A stretch of DNA of 64,000 nt from an uncultured delta proteobacterium (GTDB lineage: Bacteria; Myxococcota; Myxococcia; Myxococcales; Myxococcaceae). Each line of letters opens with the position of its first letter. The first letter of the stretch is position 1. The translations under genes were made by a program, and so were the position numbers. The stretch is taken from positions 1,728,001 through 1,792,000 of the forward strand of contig CAWCKH010000004.1 in the NCBI GenBank assembly GCA_963796055.1, written 5' to 3'. This document shows, piece after piece, positions 10,016 through 19,747 of this stretch. Under the pieces are notes generated by a model. It saw only the letters and a program-made list of their open reading frames with translations, did not search any database and was not told the DNA's origin.

Positions 10016-11955
10016 GAGGTGGAACCTCTGGTCGGAGCGCGAAGGAACCAGCCCGAGCTGCGGATGAGCCACCCCAGCCAGGCCAGAACCGCCAGGGAGG
10101 TAACCAGGAGCGCCCACCGTAGCCACCCGGACCCGAGGCCTCCGATCTCACTGGGAGTGAGCACCCGGACGACATAGGCCTCCCCTGCGGGAACGCGCGT
10201 CCCCGCGCCTCCGAGCCGGAGGCCCAGGACGCGAATCGTCGTTCCGCCGACCTGAAATTGCACCACCCGCCCAAGTGGGGGCTTCAACGGCCACCGGGCC
10301 CCGGCCCAGCCGCCATCCGGTGCATGGAGGACGACCCCGGCGCCCGCGGCCCGGCCGACCTCCTCGAGCAGGCTCCCGTCGACCCAGCGCCCGGTCAGCA
10401 CCAGGCCGACGATGGACCGTCCCCGGACCACCGGCCGTCCCGAGACCAGCAACAGATCTTCCTGCCGCGGCTCGGTGACCAGCGGAAGGCCGAGCCTGTC
10501 CAGCGTGGCCGACGACCAGAGCGCTTCGGTGTGCGCGCCCTCCATGGTCTCCATCAGCATCGGCACCGCAGGCGCCGGCGCGCCGAACGAGTCCGGAGCG
10601 GCGAGGTTCAGCACCACCCTGCCCCAGGCGTTGGCCACCAGGAGCGCGTCCCGGGTCTTCAGGCCGGGGAGATCCGCGGAGCGGAGGATCTCGTGCGCCT
10701 CGGCGAGCTGGTGCTCGCGGCTCTCGTCCTCCGCCAGGCCCAGCGCCGCGTCCATGTTGCTCGCCTGCCCCAGGGCCCCCAGCACTCCCTCGGCGCGGAG
10801 CCCGGCCTGCACCAGAAGGTCGATGCGCTCGCTCTGGGCCCGCAGCAGTTCGGGGAGGCGCGCCGTGGCGGCGAAGAGCTCGTGGTCCACCCGCCGCTCC
10901 CAGACCGCGTGCTGCACCCACGCCGACGCCGTGGCGAGCAGCAGGACCCCGGCCAGCAGCGCCGTGCTGCGGCGGAAGGGGAGCCGCGCCTCGCGGAGCG
11001 CGGCCAGCAGCACGTCCATCGACGGCCAGCGCTGGGCAGGGTCGGTGGACAGCCCGCGGGCCAGCACCCGCGACAGCCGGGCCGGCAGCGTCCGGCGGCG
11101 CAGCGACACCGGCTCGGGAGGCTGCGAAGGCGACGCTTCCTCCACCTCCTCGGGCCGCTTTCCCTCCACCGCCTCGAGCAGGGCGAGGCAGAAGCTGTAC
11201 TGGTCGCTCCGCACGTCAGACGGGACACCGCGCCAGTGCTCGGGCGCCATGTACGCCGGGGTGCCGGCGAAGCGGGGCGCGTGCTCGTGGACCGCACGGG
11301 CCAGCCCGAAGTCGGTCACCCGGACCCGGCCGTCCTCGCCCACCAGCACGTTCTCGGGCTTGAAGTCGCCGTGCACGATGCCCGCCCGGTGGGCGGCGGC
11401 GAGCCCCTCGCCCGCGGCGGCGTAGAGCAGCAGGGTGTGCCGCAGTCCGACCAGCCCGGGCTGCTGGGCCCGGCGGAGCGTCTCGCCCTTCACGTACTCC
11501 ATGGCGAAGAACACCTCGCCGTCGAAGGTGCCCACGTCGTGCACGGTGACGATGTTGGGGTGCGAGAGCCGGGCGATGGCCTGCGCCTCGGCGAGCAGCT
11601 GGGGCTTGGCCGCGGCGGGGTTCGCCCCGCGGCCCGGGCGGAGGAACTTGATCGCCACCTTGCGGTCCAGCTCGGGGTCGAAGGCGCTGTACACCACGCC
11701 CATCCCGCCCCGCCCCACCGGGTCCAGCAGCACGTAGCGGCCGAGGTTCGTGCCGCGGGCCAGCAGCCGCCACGAGGGTCGGTCCTCCTCCGGCGTGACC
11801 AGCGTGCGCACCATCGCCGTGACCAGCTCGCGGCAGTGGTCGCAGGCGTCGATGTGCTCCGCCACCCGGGCCCGCTCCGCCTCGGTGCCCTCGCCCCCGA
11901 CGTGCCGCGCGAGCGCGTTCTCGTCGAGGTGGCCATCCTCGACCGAGACGGTCAT
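10012..11955 (-). CDS. Membrane Ser/Thr kinase with N-terminal anti-sigma zinc finger and a periplasmic domain
   Basis: HIDACDHC, VGRGGMGVVY, VAIK, HGDFKPEN, DFGLA, GTPAYMAPE; two TM segments flank the C-terminal domain. Confidence 0.9.
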   Translation of the reverse strand: MTVSVEDGHLDENALARHVGGEGTEAERARVAEHIDACDHCRELVTAMVRTLVTPEEDRPSWRLLARGTNLGRYVLLDPVGRGGMGVVYSAFDPELDRKVAIKFLRPGRGANPAAAKPQLLAEAQAIARLSHPNIVTVHDVGTFDGEVFFAMEYVKGETLRRAQQPGLVGLRHTLLLYAAAGEGLAAAHRAGIVHGDFKPENVLVGEDGRVRVTDFGLARAVHEHAPRFAGTPAYMAPEHWRGVPSDVRSDQYSFCLALLEAVEGKRPEEVEEASPSQPPEPVSLRRRTLPARLSRVLARGLSTDPAQRWPSMDVLLAALREARLPFRRSTALLAGVLLLATASAWVQHAVWERRVDHELFAATARLPELLRAQSERIDLLVQAGLRAEGVLGALGQASNMDAALGLAEDESREHQLAEAHEILRSADLPGLKTRDALLVANAWGRVVLNLAAPDSFGAPAPAVPMLMETMEGAHTEALWSSATLDRLGLPLVTEPRQEDLLLVSGRPVVRGRSIVGLVLTGRWVDGSLLEEVGRAAGAGVVLHAPDGGWAGARWPLKPPLGRVVQFQVGGTTIRVLGLRLGGAGTRVPAGEAYVVRVLTPSEIGGLGSGWLRWALLVTSLAVLAWLGWLIRSSGWFLRAPTRGSTS

Positions 11956-12590
11956 GGCGCGTAACCGGGCCGCTTCTTGTAGGCCCGTCCGAACTTGTCG
12001 AGGTGCGCAGGGTTGAAGAGCCGTGGCCGGAGGACCAGCGCGACCTGGGTGGGCTGGCCCTCGGCCACCACCACCTCCATCTCGAACGGCTCGATCTGCC
12101 GACCCCAGGCGTGGAGCGGGTGACGCCCGGGAGGGACGTCCTTGATGATGAAGCTGCCGTCCGGTGCGACGCGGGTGAAGGCCCGGTTCGGCAGCACCAG
12201 CAGGCTGGCGTACATCTGCTCGTGGATGTTGCAGAACACGTCGACCAGCCCCGGGGTGGGGAAGCTCACCGTGCGCGTCTCGTGGGGCCCGGGCTGGCCG
12301 AGGTCGAAGGGCCGGGCGGCCGAGGTGGAGAAGACGTTGTGCACCCACGGATCGTCGTTGGTGAACTGGACCGACTGCCCGGCCACGATCACCCGGATGT
12401 CGGGGACGAAGGTCTTGTCCTTCTGGCTGATGACCGGCTCGTCGCCGAGCGGCGGCTGCCGGAAGCCGGTGAGGTAGATGACGATGGGCTGGGCGAGGCT
12501 GGCCTCGACACCGCCGTCGGGCGCGGAGAGGGTCACCGTGCCGCGGATCTCGCCCCCGGCGGCCGTGGCCGCGAGGAGCAGCACCACCAT
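11952..12590 (-). CDS. Secreted cupredoxin-like protein with carboxypeptidase-regulatory-like C-terminal domain
   Basis: Signal peptide; FTNDDPWVHNVFS ... VFCNIHEQM (H/C/H/M type-1 copper ligand pattern). Confidence 0.75.
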   Translation of the reverse strand: MVVLLLAATAAGGEIRGTVTLSAPDGGVEASLAQPIVIYLTGFRQPPLGDEPVISQKDKTFVPDIRVIVAGQSVQFTNDDPWVHNVFSTSAARPFDLGQPGPHETRTVSFPTPGLVDVFCNIHEQMYASLLVLPNRAFTRVAPDGSFIIKDVPPGRHPLHAWGRQIEPFEMEVVVAEGQPTQVALVLRPRLFNPAHLDKFGRAYKKRPGYAP

Positions 12591-12595
12591 CCTGG

Positions 12596-13354
12596 TCAGA
12601 GCGCGATGCCCCACAGCACCCGCGGATAGTACCGGGAGGAATCGTTGGTGAGGCCGAACAGCGACCCGAAGGTGATCCAGAACGGACCGCGGGTCCAGGC
12701 GACCGAGGGGCCGAGGTACATTTGCCCCTTGCTCGGCCGGGTCTCGCCGTGGATGGGGAGCTGGCCGAAGAACTCGGCGCCGAATCGCCACTCCTTGCCC
12801 AGCGGGAAGGAGACGCCCACGCCCCCCCGGCCCAGCACCGAGAAGTTTCCGGGGGTCGTTTCCTGGAGGAAGGGGAGCCCCAGCAGCACCCCGGCGTTGA
12901 GGGTGGTGCGGATCCCCTGGAGGCTGCCGATGGTGAGGACGAAGCCGATCTCGGCAGAGGGCGGGCCGGCGGCCGGGTCCAGCGGGTGGTAGTAGCCGAC
13001 GCGGATCAGCGGTTGCCATCCGTCGTCCTGCTCCCGGGGGAAGATGCGGTAGCGGGCGACGAGGCCCAGCGAGTGCAGGTAGGTGTCGTCGGGAACGGCG
13101 ACGATCTGCAGTGGCAGCTCGAACTCGAGGTGGTTCGAGACCGAGATCGCCGGGCCCCACCAGAGCCAGATCGACGCTGGCCGGTCGATGCGGTTTGGGA
13201 TGCGTCCGTAGGCCCAGACCCACTGCTCGAGCTCGATGCCGCCTTCGGGCACGAGCTGAGACTCGTCGAGGAACAGATGGTTCGTCCTGGCGGCGCGCGC
13301 CGGCGACGCCAGGAGGAGGACGAGGGGAGCCAACCACCGTGCCAGCCGTGCCAT
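12596..13354 (-). CDS. Putative outer-membrane beta-barrel protein
   Basis: Signal peptide ending ARA; amphipathic beta strands; ends RVLWGIAL. Confidence 0.6.
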   Translation of the reverse strand: MARLARWLAPLVLLLASPARAARTNHLFLDESQLVPEGGIELEQWVWAYGRIPNRIDRPASIWLWWGPAISVSNHLEFELPLQIVAVPDDTYLHSLGLVARYRIFPREQDDGWQPLIRVGYYHPLDPAAGPPSAEIGFVLTIGSLQGIRTTLNAGVLLGLPFLQETTPGNFSVLGRGGVGVSFPLGKEWRFGAEFFGQLPIHGETRPSKGQMYLGPSVAWTRGPFWITFGSLFGLTNDSSRYYPRVLWGIAL

Positions 13355-13434
13355 GCCGACCACGGCGGGCAGTGTACCGGAACCGGGTCGCCCGGCACCT
13401 CCCCGGACCAGGGCTCCAGGACCGTCCGCGTGCC

Positions 13435-14655
13435 TCACATGGAGAAATGCAGTTGCCCGAGCACGCTGAAGCTGGGCTCGTGGCCACCGCCGGGGAGCCC
13501 GAACTCGGTGAAGGTCGTGTCTATCCGAGCCTCGCAGTAGGTGAAGAAGAACCAGGAGACGCTGAACCAGCCTCCGTAGCTGTTGACCGCGTTCTGACGC
13601 AGCCCCTCTCCGGTGAAGATGAGGTGCAGGCCCTGCAGCAGCTCGTAGTCGGCCTGGAGGAACGCTGCCCCGCCCCAGTCCTGGGGAAGGCCCGAGGCAC
13701 TCTGCACCAGGAGGTCCGCCTCGGCGAGGAGCACCCAGGGGCCGCCCACGTGCCAGCGCGAGAAGAGCCCGTGCGACTGCCGCCACACGTCCTGCGCATT
13801 GAAGAACGGGTCGCGCAGGTAGGGGTTGGCGATGGAGCTGAGCCCGCGGTCGGCGTGGGTGACCAGGCTGCTCAGACCGAGGGTGAAGGCATTGCTGAAC
13901 GCGCCCTCGACGTACCCGCTGTAGCCCTGCTCGCGGTAGGCGGCATCGTCGATCAGGAAGTTCCCGGCGATGCCCATCACCGCCGCCCGGATGCCCGGAG
14001 CGTCCCAGACGACCTGCCCCCCATATTGCTGGGCGGAGTCGGTGTCGGTGCGCGTCGCGCTGCGCACGAAGGCGGTGTGCTCCACGTTGCGCAGCCCGAA
14101 GGGCAGGTTCATCCGCCCGCCGAGGAGGTAGAGCTTCTGGTCGGCGAGCCGGAGGCCCAGCCAGTGCTCGCGGGAGACGAGGTTGTCCCGCTGCGAATTG
14201 GTCAGCGCCGCCAGGGTCGCGCCGGTGGGCACGTAGCCGATGCTCGCCGAGGCGAGAAACGGCCCGGCGGTCACGCCGGCCCGGAGGTCGGCGATCATCA
14301 GGATGTCGCGCCACTTCGTCTCGACCGAGTTGGTGGTGCTGAGGACCGCGCCCCGCAGCGAGAGGCCCACGTTCAGCCAGCTGGGAAGCGGCACGGCGCC
14401 GTAGACGATGCCGGTCGTCGGCTCGACATCCTCCGGGGACTTTCCCCACAGCGTGGGAAGGACGATCTGCGCCTGCGCGCGTCCGTACTCGGTCAGCAGC
14501 CCGAACCCGGACGGGTCCACGTGGCAGGCGCTGCAGTTGGTGTACCCGTGGCGGATCATCCACGGGTAGGCGTGGGCCGGGGCCGCGGGTAGCGCGAGCA
14601 CGAGCAGCAGCGCAAGCCGCAGGAGACTGGTCCAGCGACGCCCGTCCAGGCTCAA
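13435..14655 (-). CDS. Secreted protein with N-terminal CxxCH heme motif and probable beta-barrel
   Basis: Signal peptide AHA/YPWMIRHGYTNCSACHVDPSGFGLLTEYGR; beta-rich body ending QLHFSM. Confidence 0.72.
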   Translation of the reverse strand: MSLDGRRWTSLLRLALLLVLALPAAPAHAYPWMIRHGYTNCSACHVDPSGFGLLTEYGRAQAQIVLPTLWGKSPEDVEPTTGIVYGAVPLPSWLNVGLSLRGAVLSTTNSVETKWRDILMIADLRAGVTAGPFLASASIGYVPTGATLAALTNSQRDNLVSREHWLGLRLADQKLYLLGGRMNLPFGLRNVEHTAFVRSATRTDTDSAQQYGGQVVWDAPGIRAAVMGIAGNFLIDDAAYREQGYSGYVEGAFSNAFTLGLSSLVTHADRGLSSIANPYLRDPFFNAQDVWRQSHGLFSRWHVGGPWVLLAEADLLVQSASGLPQDWGGAAFLQADYELLQGLHLIFTGEGLRQNAVNSYGGWFSVSWFFFTYCEARIDTTFTEFGLPGGGHEPSFSVLGQLHFSM

Positions 14656-15188
14656 GCCCGCTCCGCGGTGAAGGAGGCCCTGGCCTCCACGTCCGGCTGC
14701 ACGGTGACCCCGAAGTAGCTCGGAACGTCGATGCCGTAATCCGTGATGTTGAGCGGCACGGTCCCGGTCACCTGGTAGCGGTTCCCGCTCCGGGTAGCGC
14801 GGTACTTCACCTGAACGTCATGGCTCTTCCCGTGGAGAGTCATCTTTCCCGGGGCCGTGGCGTCGATCGTCCCTCCGTCCTCCGGGAGCTTCACCGCGGA
14901 CCAAGGGAGCTCGAGCACCGCGTCCGGGTACTGCTCCACCTGGAGGTACTTCTCACGCATGTGCCGGTCGCGGAGCGAGATGCCGGTCTGGAGCCCGGCC
15001 AGCGGGACGACGATCTTGAGGGTCGTCCCGTCGTCCTCGATCCGGAGCTGGTGTGTCTTGCCCTCCAGGCTGAACCCGCCCGGGCCCCGGCCCTGGAACG
15101 CCGCGGTGGGCTCGCCGGTGACGCGCGTGGTGGCGGCGAGCAGCGGCAGCGCGAGCAGCACCGTGAGGAGGGAAGCGCGTCGAGGCAT
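14652..15188 (-). CDS. YceI family (polyisoprenoid-binding) periplasmic protein
   Basis: LQTGISLRDRHMRE.YL...YP, GKMTLHG, TDYGIDVP. Confidence 0.88.
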   Translation of the reverse strand: MPRRASLLTVLLALPLLAATTRVTGEPTAAFQGRGPGGFSLEGKTHQLRIEDDGTTLKIVVPLAGLQTGISLRDRHMREKYLQVEQYPDAVLELPWSAVKLPEDGGTIDATAPGKMTLHGKSHDVQVKYRATRSGNRYQVTGTVPLNITDYGIDVPSYFGVTVQPDVEARASFTAERA

Positions 15189-15204
15189 GGGTCCCTCCCG
15201 GCTG

Positions 15205-15933
15205 CTAGGCCCCGAGGGCCGCGGGCTCGAGCAGCGTGCGCTGCCGGTCGACCCAGAGGCGGAGCGGGCCGGTGTCCACGCCGTGCTCCTCCATTCCGGG
15301 GACCACCACCGAGTCGAGCGTCTCGAGGTAGATGCGCTGCCGCTCCGAGTGCGGCACCACGCCCCAGTGGAGCAGCGCGGGCTCGTCGGTGCCCGGCGGG
15401 GCAGACCGGAAGAGGTCAGCACCCGCGCTGCCGGCGGCCATGCCGGGCAGGAGCGGGGCGAGAAAGGCGAGGTCCATCCGTGGACGCGCCCAGGCGAGGT
15501 AGCCCCACCCCAGGCGAGCGTGCTGCACCTCGTCCCGCGCGAGCTCGTGGATGATGGCCTTCAGCGTCTCGTCCCGCGCGGCGTCCAGCAGCGTGACCAG
15601 GGTGGCCATGCTCTCGGTCTCGGAGACACAGGACTGGGCCACCACCTCGTACGTCAGGCGCTGCTCGGGGGTGAGCTCCCGCGGGGCGTACTCCAGCAGC
15701 CGGGTCTCCGGAGGAGGCACCGGCGCCCGCCGCATGCGGAGGACGTCCTCACAGCGGCTGGCGTGGCGCGTCTCATCCCGGGACGCCCGCGCCGCCAGCT
15801 CGACCAGGGCCTCGGGCGCACCCGCCTCCCACATCCGGCGGGAAAGCGACCCGAAGCGGAGCGCTGCGCCGGTCTCGACCCCGTGCCGCGCTGCCCAGAC
15901 CCGGTCGGCGTGCTGGCGGGCGGGGTCTACCAA
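15205..15933 (-). CDS. Ferritin-like diiron-carboxylate protein
   Basis: E...RDETRH...CVSET...RDEVQH ligand pattern; TTG start overlaps upstream peptide stop. Confidence 0.8.
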   Translation of the reverse strand: MVDPARQHADRVWAARHGVETGAALRFGSLSRRMWEAGAPEALVELAARASRDETRHASRCEDVLRMRRAPVPPPETRLLEYAPRELTPEQRLTYEVVAQSCVSETESMATLVTLLDAARDETLKAIIHELARDEVQHARLGWGYLAWARPRMDLAFLAPLLPGMAAGSAGADLFRSAPPGTDEPALLHWGVVPHSERQRIYLETLDSVVVPGMEEHGVDTGPLRLWVDRQRTLLEPAALGA

Positions 15934-16097
15934 CCCGGGGGCCCTCCGCCGCCGCCGCCACCGCCGGTTCCGCCGTCGGGCAGGGTCTGCTGCTGACCGC
16001 CGTTGTTGTTTCCGCTGTCACCGCCACACGCGGCAATTCCCAGCCCGAGCGTGGTTCCGCCGAGCACCAGTACCTGGAATAACTTCTTGATCTTCAT
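15927..16097 (-). CDS. 56-aa Gly-rich lipoprotein/peptide ending GPPGW
   Basis: GGAG RBS before ATG; MKIKK + hydrophobic stretch + lipobox IAAC (Cys24); low-complexity linker. Confidence 0.75.
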   Translation of the reverse strand: MKIKKLFQVLVLGGTTLGLGIAACGGDSGNNNGGQQQTLPDGGTGGGGGGGGPPGW

Positions 16098-16215
16098 TGG
16101 ATCTCCATTTGGCGCGCCGGAGAGTGGCGGCCCGTGCCCGGAAGACACGGACGTTGCTGGGCCGTTGCGGGGAGAGGTCGATGCGGGTTGTCACAAACCC
16201 GGCTTGGTACTCCTT

Positions 16216-17757
16216 TCAGTGGCTTCGACTGCTGGGCATGACGAACTCGGCCCCTCCGGGAGCCTCCGGCCACCGGGAGGTCACCGTCTTCAGCCGGGTA
16301 TAGAAGCGCACGCCTTCCGGGCCGTGCACCGCGTGGTCTCCGAAGAGCGACCGCTTCCAGCCGCCGAAGCTGTGGAAGGCCATCGGCACGGGAATGGGGA
16401 CGTTGACCCCCACCATGCCGCACTGGACGCGGGTGGCGAACTCGCGTGCGGCCGCACCCGAGCGGGTGAAGATGGCGGTCCCGTTCCCGTAGGGGTGGGT
16501 GTCCACCAGGGCCAGGGCCTCGTCGAGCGTCCGGACCCGGACCACCGCGAGCACCGGGCCGAAGATCTCCTCCCGGTAGATGCGCATCTCGGGGCGGACG
16601 GCGTCGAAGAGGCAGCCGCCGAGGAAGAAGCCATCTCCCCGGCCGGACGGCCGGAGGCTGCGGCCGTCCACCACCAGGGAGGCGCCCTCGCCGACCCCCA
16701 CGTCGAGGTAGGAGCGCACGCGGTCGAGGTGCTCCCGGGTGACGAGCGGGCCCATCTCCACCGAGGCGTCAGTCCCCGGCCCGATGCGCAGCGCGCGGAC
16801 CCTGGGCGCCAGGCGCTCGACCAGCGGATCCGCCACCTCGCCCACCGCCACTGCCACCGAGATGGCCATGCACCGCTCGCCGGCCGAGCCGTAGGCCGAG
16901 CCGATCAGCGCCTCGGTGGCCAGCTCGAGATCGGCGTCGGGCATCACCACCAGGTGGTTCTTCGCACCGCCCAGCGCCTGAACCCGCTTTCCGGTCGCGG
17001 TGGCGGTCCGGTGGACCGACTCGGCCACGGGCGTCGAGCCGACGAAGCTCACCGCCGAGACCTCCGGGTGACGGAGCAGCGCGTCCACCGCCTCCCGGTC
17101 GCCATTCACCACGTTGAACACCCCGTCCGGGCAGCCCGCCTCTGCGAGGAGCCGCGCCACCTCCAGGCTGGGCGACGGGTCCCGCTCCGACGGCTTGAGG
17201 ACGAAGGTGTTTCCGCAGGCGATCGCCACCGGCCACATCCACATCGGCACCATCACCGGGAAGTTGAACGGCGTGATGCCGGCCACGACGCCGAGCGGCT
17301 GCCGGACCGACCAGGCGTCGATGCCGCGCCCCACCTGCTCGGTCATCTCGCCCTTGAGCAGCTGGGGGATGCCGCAGGCGAACTCCACCACCTCCATGCC
17401 CCGGGCCAGCTCGCCCCGGGCATCGGAGAGAATCTTCCCGTGCTCGGAGGTGACGAGGCGGACCAGCGCGTCGGCGCGGGCCTCGGCCAGCTCCCGGAAA
17501 CGGAACAGCACCCGGGCGCGCACCACCGCCGGGGTGCGGGACCAGGCGGGGAACGCCGCGGCCGCGGCACGGACGGCCGCGTCCACCTCGGCCGCCGTCC
17601 CCAGGGGGACCTGCCGGGTGCAGGCGCCGGTGGAGGGGTCGAACACCTCGCCGAGCCGGTTGCCCTCGCCGGGGACCGCACGTCCACCGATCCAGTGCCA
17701 GAGCCGCGCGGGCGCATCGCCGGGGCGAACGGGGACGACCGAGGGCTCAGCGCGCAT
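16216..17757 (-). CDS. mmsA: CoA-acylating (methyl)malonate-semialdehyde dehydrogenase
   Basis: [50 protein letters not shown]. Confidence 0.92.
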   Translation of the reverse strand: MRAEPSVVPVRPGDAPARLWHWIGGRAVPGEGNRLGEVFDPSTGACTRQVPLGTAAEVDAAVRAAAAAFPAWSRTPAVVRARVLFRFRELAEARADALVRLVTSEHGKILSDARGELARGMEVVEFACGIPQLLKGEMTEQVGRGIDAWSVRQPLGVVAGITPFNFPVMVPMWMWPVAIACGNTFVLKPSERDPSPSLEVARLLAEAGCPDGVFNVVNGDREAVDALLRHPEVSAVSFVGSTPVAESVHRTATATGKRVQALGGAKNHLVVMPDADLELATEALIGSAYGSAGERCMAISVAVAVGEVADPLVERLAPRVRALRIGPGTDASVEMGPLVTREHLDRVRSYLDVGVGEGASLVVDGRSLRPSGRGDGFFLGGCLFDAVRPEMRIYREEIFGPVLAVVRVRTLDEALALVDTHPYGNGTAIFTRSGAAAREFATRVQCGMVGVNVPIPVPMAFHSFGGWKRSLFGDHAVHGPEGVRFYTRLKTVTSRWPEAPGGAEFVMPSSRSH

Positions 17758-17968
17758 GGCCCGGTTCCCCCCTGGATGTCGGGGTCCAGTCCGGGAGCGG
17801 TTTGCCGGCCTTCAGGTGGTGGTAGCCCGGCGTCTCGCGGATGAGGACGTAGATGTATTCGATGGGGGCGTCGATGGTCTCGTGCACCACGCGGGTGATG
17901 GCCTCGGCCAGGGCCCGCTTCTGCTCGGGCGTGCGTCCCTCGCGGATGTCGCACTGGATGATGGGCAT
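17747..17968 (-). CDS. 4-oxalocrotonate tautomerase family protein
   Basis: N-terminal catalytic Pro (MPII), [16 protein letters not shown]. Confidence 0.88.
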   Translation of the reverse strand: MPIIQCDIREGRTPEQKRALAEAITRVVHETIDAPIEYIYVLIRETPGYHHLKAGKPLPDWTPTSRGEPGHAR

Positions 17969-18063
17969 CGGGAATGCCTCCTCTCGTTGGCTCGGGCAGC
18001 GTACCGGGGCGCCACGGCCGGCTCCAGGGTGCCGCGTCCCGCCTCGACGCGGCGCGCCGCCGC

Positions 18064-18456
18064 TCAGTCGGCCGCGCGGCTACAGACCTCGACCCAGCGG
18101 AGGAGCTCCTCGAGCTCGAAGGGCTTGGGGAGCACCGCGACCACGTGAGGAAAGTCGAGCTCGCCCGGCTGCACGTTGGCGCTCATCACCACCACCGGGG
18201 TCCGACCCGTCCGTCCACGCCGCGACAGCTCGGAGAGCACCTCGAGCCCGTTCATCCGGGGCATGGCCAGGTCGAGCAGCACCACGCAGCGATCCGCGAG
18301 ACGGTCGAGGTGCCGCAGGGCCTCCTGTCCGTCGCCGGCCTCGATGACCCGGTACCCCTCGGAGGAAAGGGCCTCGTTGAGGCTCTCGCGGATGCCAGGG
18401 TCGTCGTCGACGACCAGGACCATCCGTGAGGCCGGGGTGGGGGCGGAGCGATCCAT
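18064..18456 (-). CDS. Single-domain response regulator
   Basis: VLVVDDD, LLDLAMPRMNG, VMSA, KPF. Confidence 0.9.
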   Translation of the reverse strand: MDRSAPTPASRMVLVVDDDPGIRESLNEALSSEGYRVIEAGDGQEALRHLDRLADRCVVLLDLAMPRMNGLEVLSELSRRGRTGRTPVVVMSANVQPGELDFPHVVAVLPKPFELEELLRWVEVCSRAAD

Positions 18457-18551
18457 CGACGAGCCCGGACCATACGCCCAGCGAGCCACGGACGAGGGGT
18501 CGCGGGGGGCCCTGGCGATGGCAGGGCACGTAGGCGGCCGGTGGGCAAGCG

Positions 18552-19667
18552 TTACTCGGGCGCAGGGCGCGTCCGCTTCTCGACAGCCGGGAGGGACGGA
18601 GGTGTGTCGCGGAGCGGCGACCCGCGCGGCGGTATGCGCGCCCGGAGCACGCCGTACGGGGGCCGGCTCTCTTCCTCGCCGCGGTTCAGCGCGGGGTGGA
18701 GGTTGAGCTGGTTCACCGTCACGTAGATCCAGTCCTCCGGCCCCCGTGCCAGCCCGTCCGGCCACTGGAGCCGTGGGTCCTGGACGAGGAGCGCCTGTCC
18801 CGACGGCCCGGTGACCCGAAGGCCGTGGCCCTCCACGTCGGTGACCACCACCCGGCCGTCGTCCCCGGCGACCAGAGCGGTGCCGGGTGGGCGCTCGGCG
18901 TGGGACGCGACGCGGGTCGCGAGCTCCTCGGGCTCGAGCCCGGTGTCCAGGAGGTCGGCGGTGCGCACCCGCCACACCGTTCCGCCGTTCAGCGCCGCGA
19001 GGTAGAGCCAGGTGCCGCTGGGGTCGAGCGAGAGCTGGCTCACCCCGAGCCGCAGCCGCTCCACCGTCCCATCGAGCTCGCGGTGGGCGACGGGGCGCCG
19101 ATCCACGGTGATCGGCACCGCGTCCGGCTCGAGCGCCGGATGGTCCTCGAGGAGGCGCCGCGTCTCGCCCCCCTGCAGCGAGACGACCAGCAGCGCCGGG
19201 TGCGAATCCCCCGTCCAGTCGGCGCGGGACCGATCGGCGATGTAAGCGTGGGTGCGATCCACCGCCAGCGCACAGAGCCAGGAGTTGGTCCTCACCGCGG
19301 TGGCCGGGATGCGGAGCGCGCGGAGTCGGCGCTCGTCGGTGGTGTTCCACCCGGTGAGGCGCGGAGGCTTCCCCTCGCCACCGGCATCGAGGATCCACAG
19401 CCCGCCCGCACCATCCTCGGCCAGCGCGGTGACCGCGGTGAAGCCCCGGCTCAGCACCCCGCTGGGGTAGGGCTGCCGGCGGCCTCCCGGGAACACCTCG
19501 AGCAGCTTCGCCACGGGGTTGCCCAGCGGATGCAGGGCCACGAAGAGGCGAGGCCCGACGACGGCGATCGCTCCCGGACGCTCGGGCAGCTCGGCCACGC
19601 TCTCCAGCGGGGAAGCGGGTGGGGACGCGGCCAGCAGGGACAGCAGTGCGAAGATCGTCAGCGACAC
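18552..19667 (-). CDS. Major royal jelly/yellow (L-dopachrome tautomerase-related) beta-propeller protein
   Basis: Signal peptide; LWILDAG, AYIAD, DPRLQWPDGL, IYVTVNQL. Confidence 0.78.
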   Translation of the reverse strand: MSLTIFALLSLLAASPPASPLESVAELPERPGAIAVVGPRLFVALHPLGNPVAKLLEVFPGGRRQPYPSGVLSRGFTAVTALAEDGAGGLWILDAGGEGKPPRLTGWNTTDERRLRALRIPATAVRTNSWLCALAVDRTHAYIADRSRADWTGDSHPALLVVSLQGGETRRLLEDHPALEPDAVPITVDRRPVAHRELDGTVERLRLGVSQLSLDPSGTWLYLAALNGGTVWRVRTADLLDTGLEPEELATRVASHAERPPGTALVAGDDGRVVVTDVEGHGLRVTGPSGQALLVQDPRLQWPDGLARGPEDWIYVTVNQLNLHPALNRGEEESRPPYGVLRARIPPRGSPLRDTPPSLPAVEKRTRPAPE

Positions 19668-19747
19668 GCGTCCGGGAAGCTCCGGTCTCTACCTCGGCCG
19701 GGCTGGTAGGCGCCACCGGAGGCAGCCATCTTTCCTTCCATGCCGCG

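Noticed and set aside
15927..15929. TAG of the small peptide as pyrrolysine or read-through fusion to the ferritin-like gene
   Set aside because: The downstream gene is in a different frame and there is no pyl evidence
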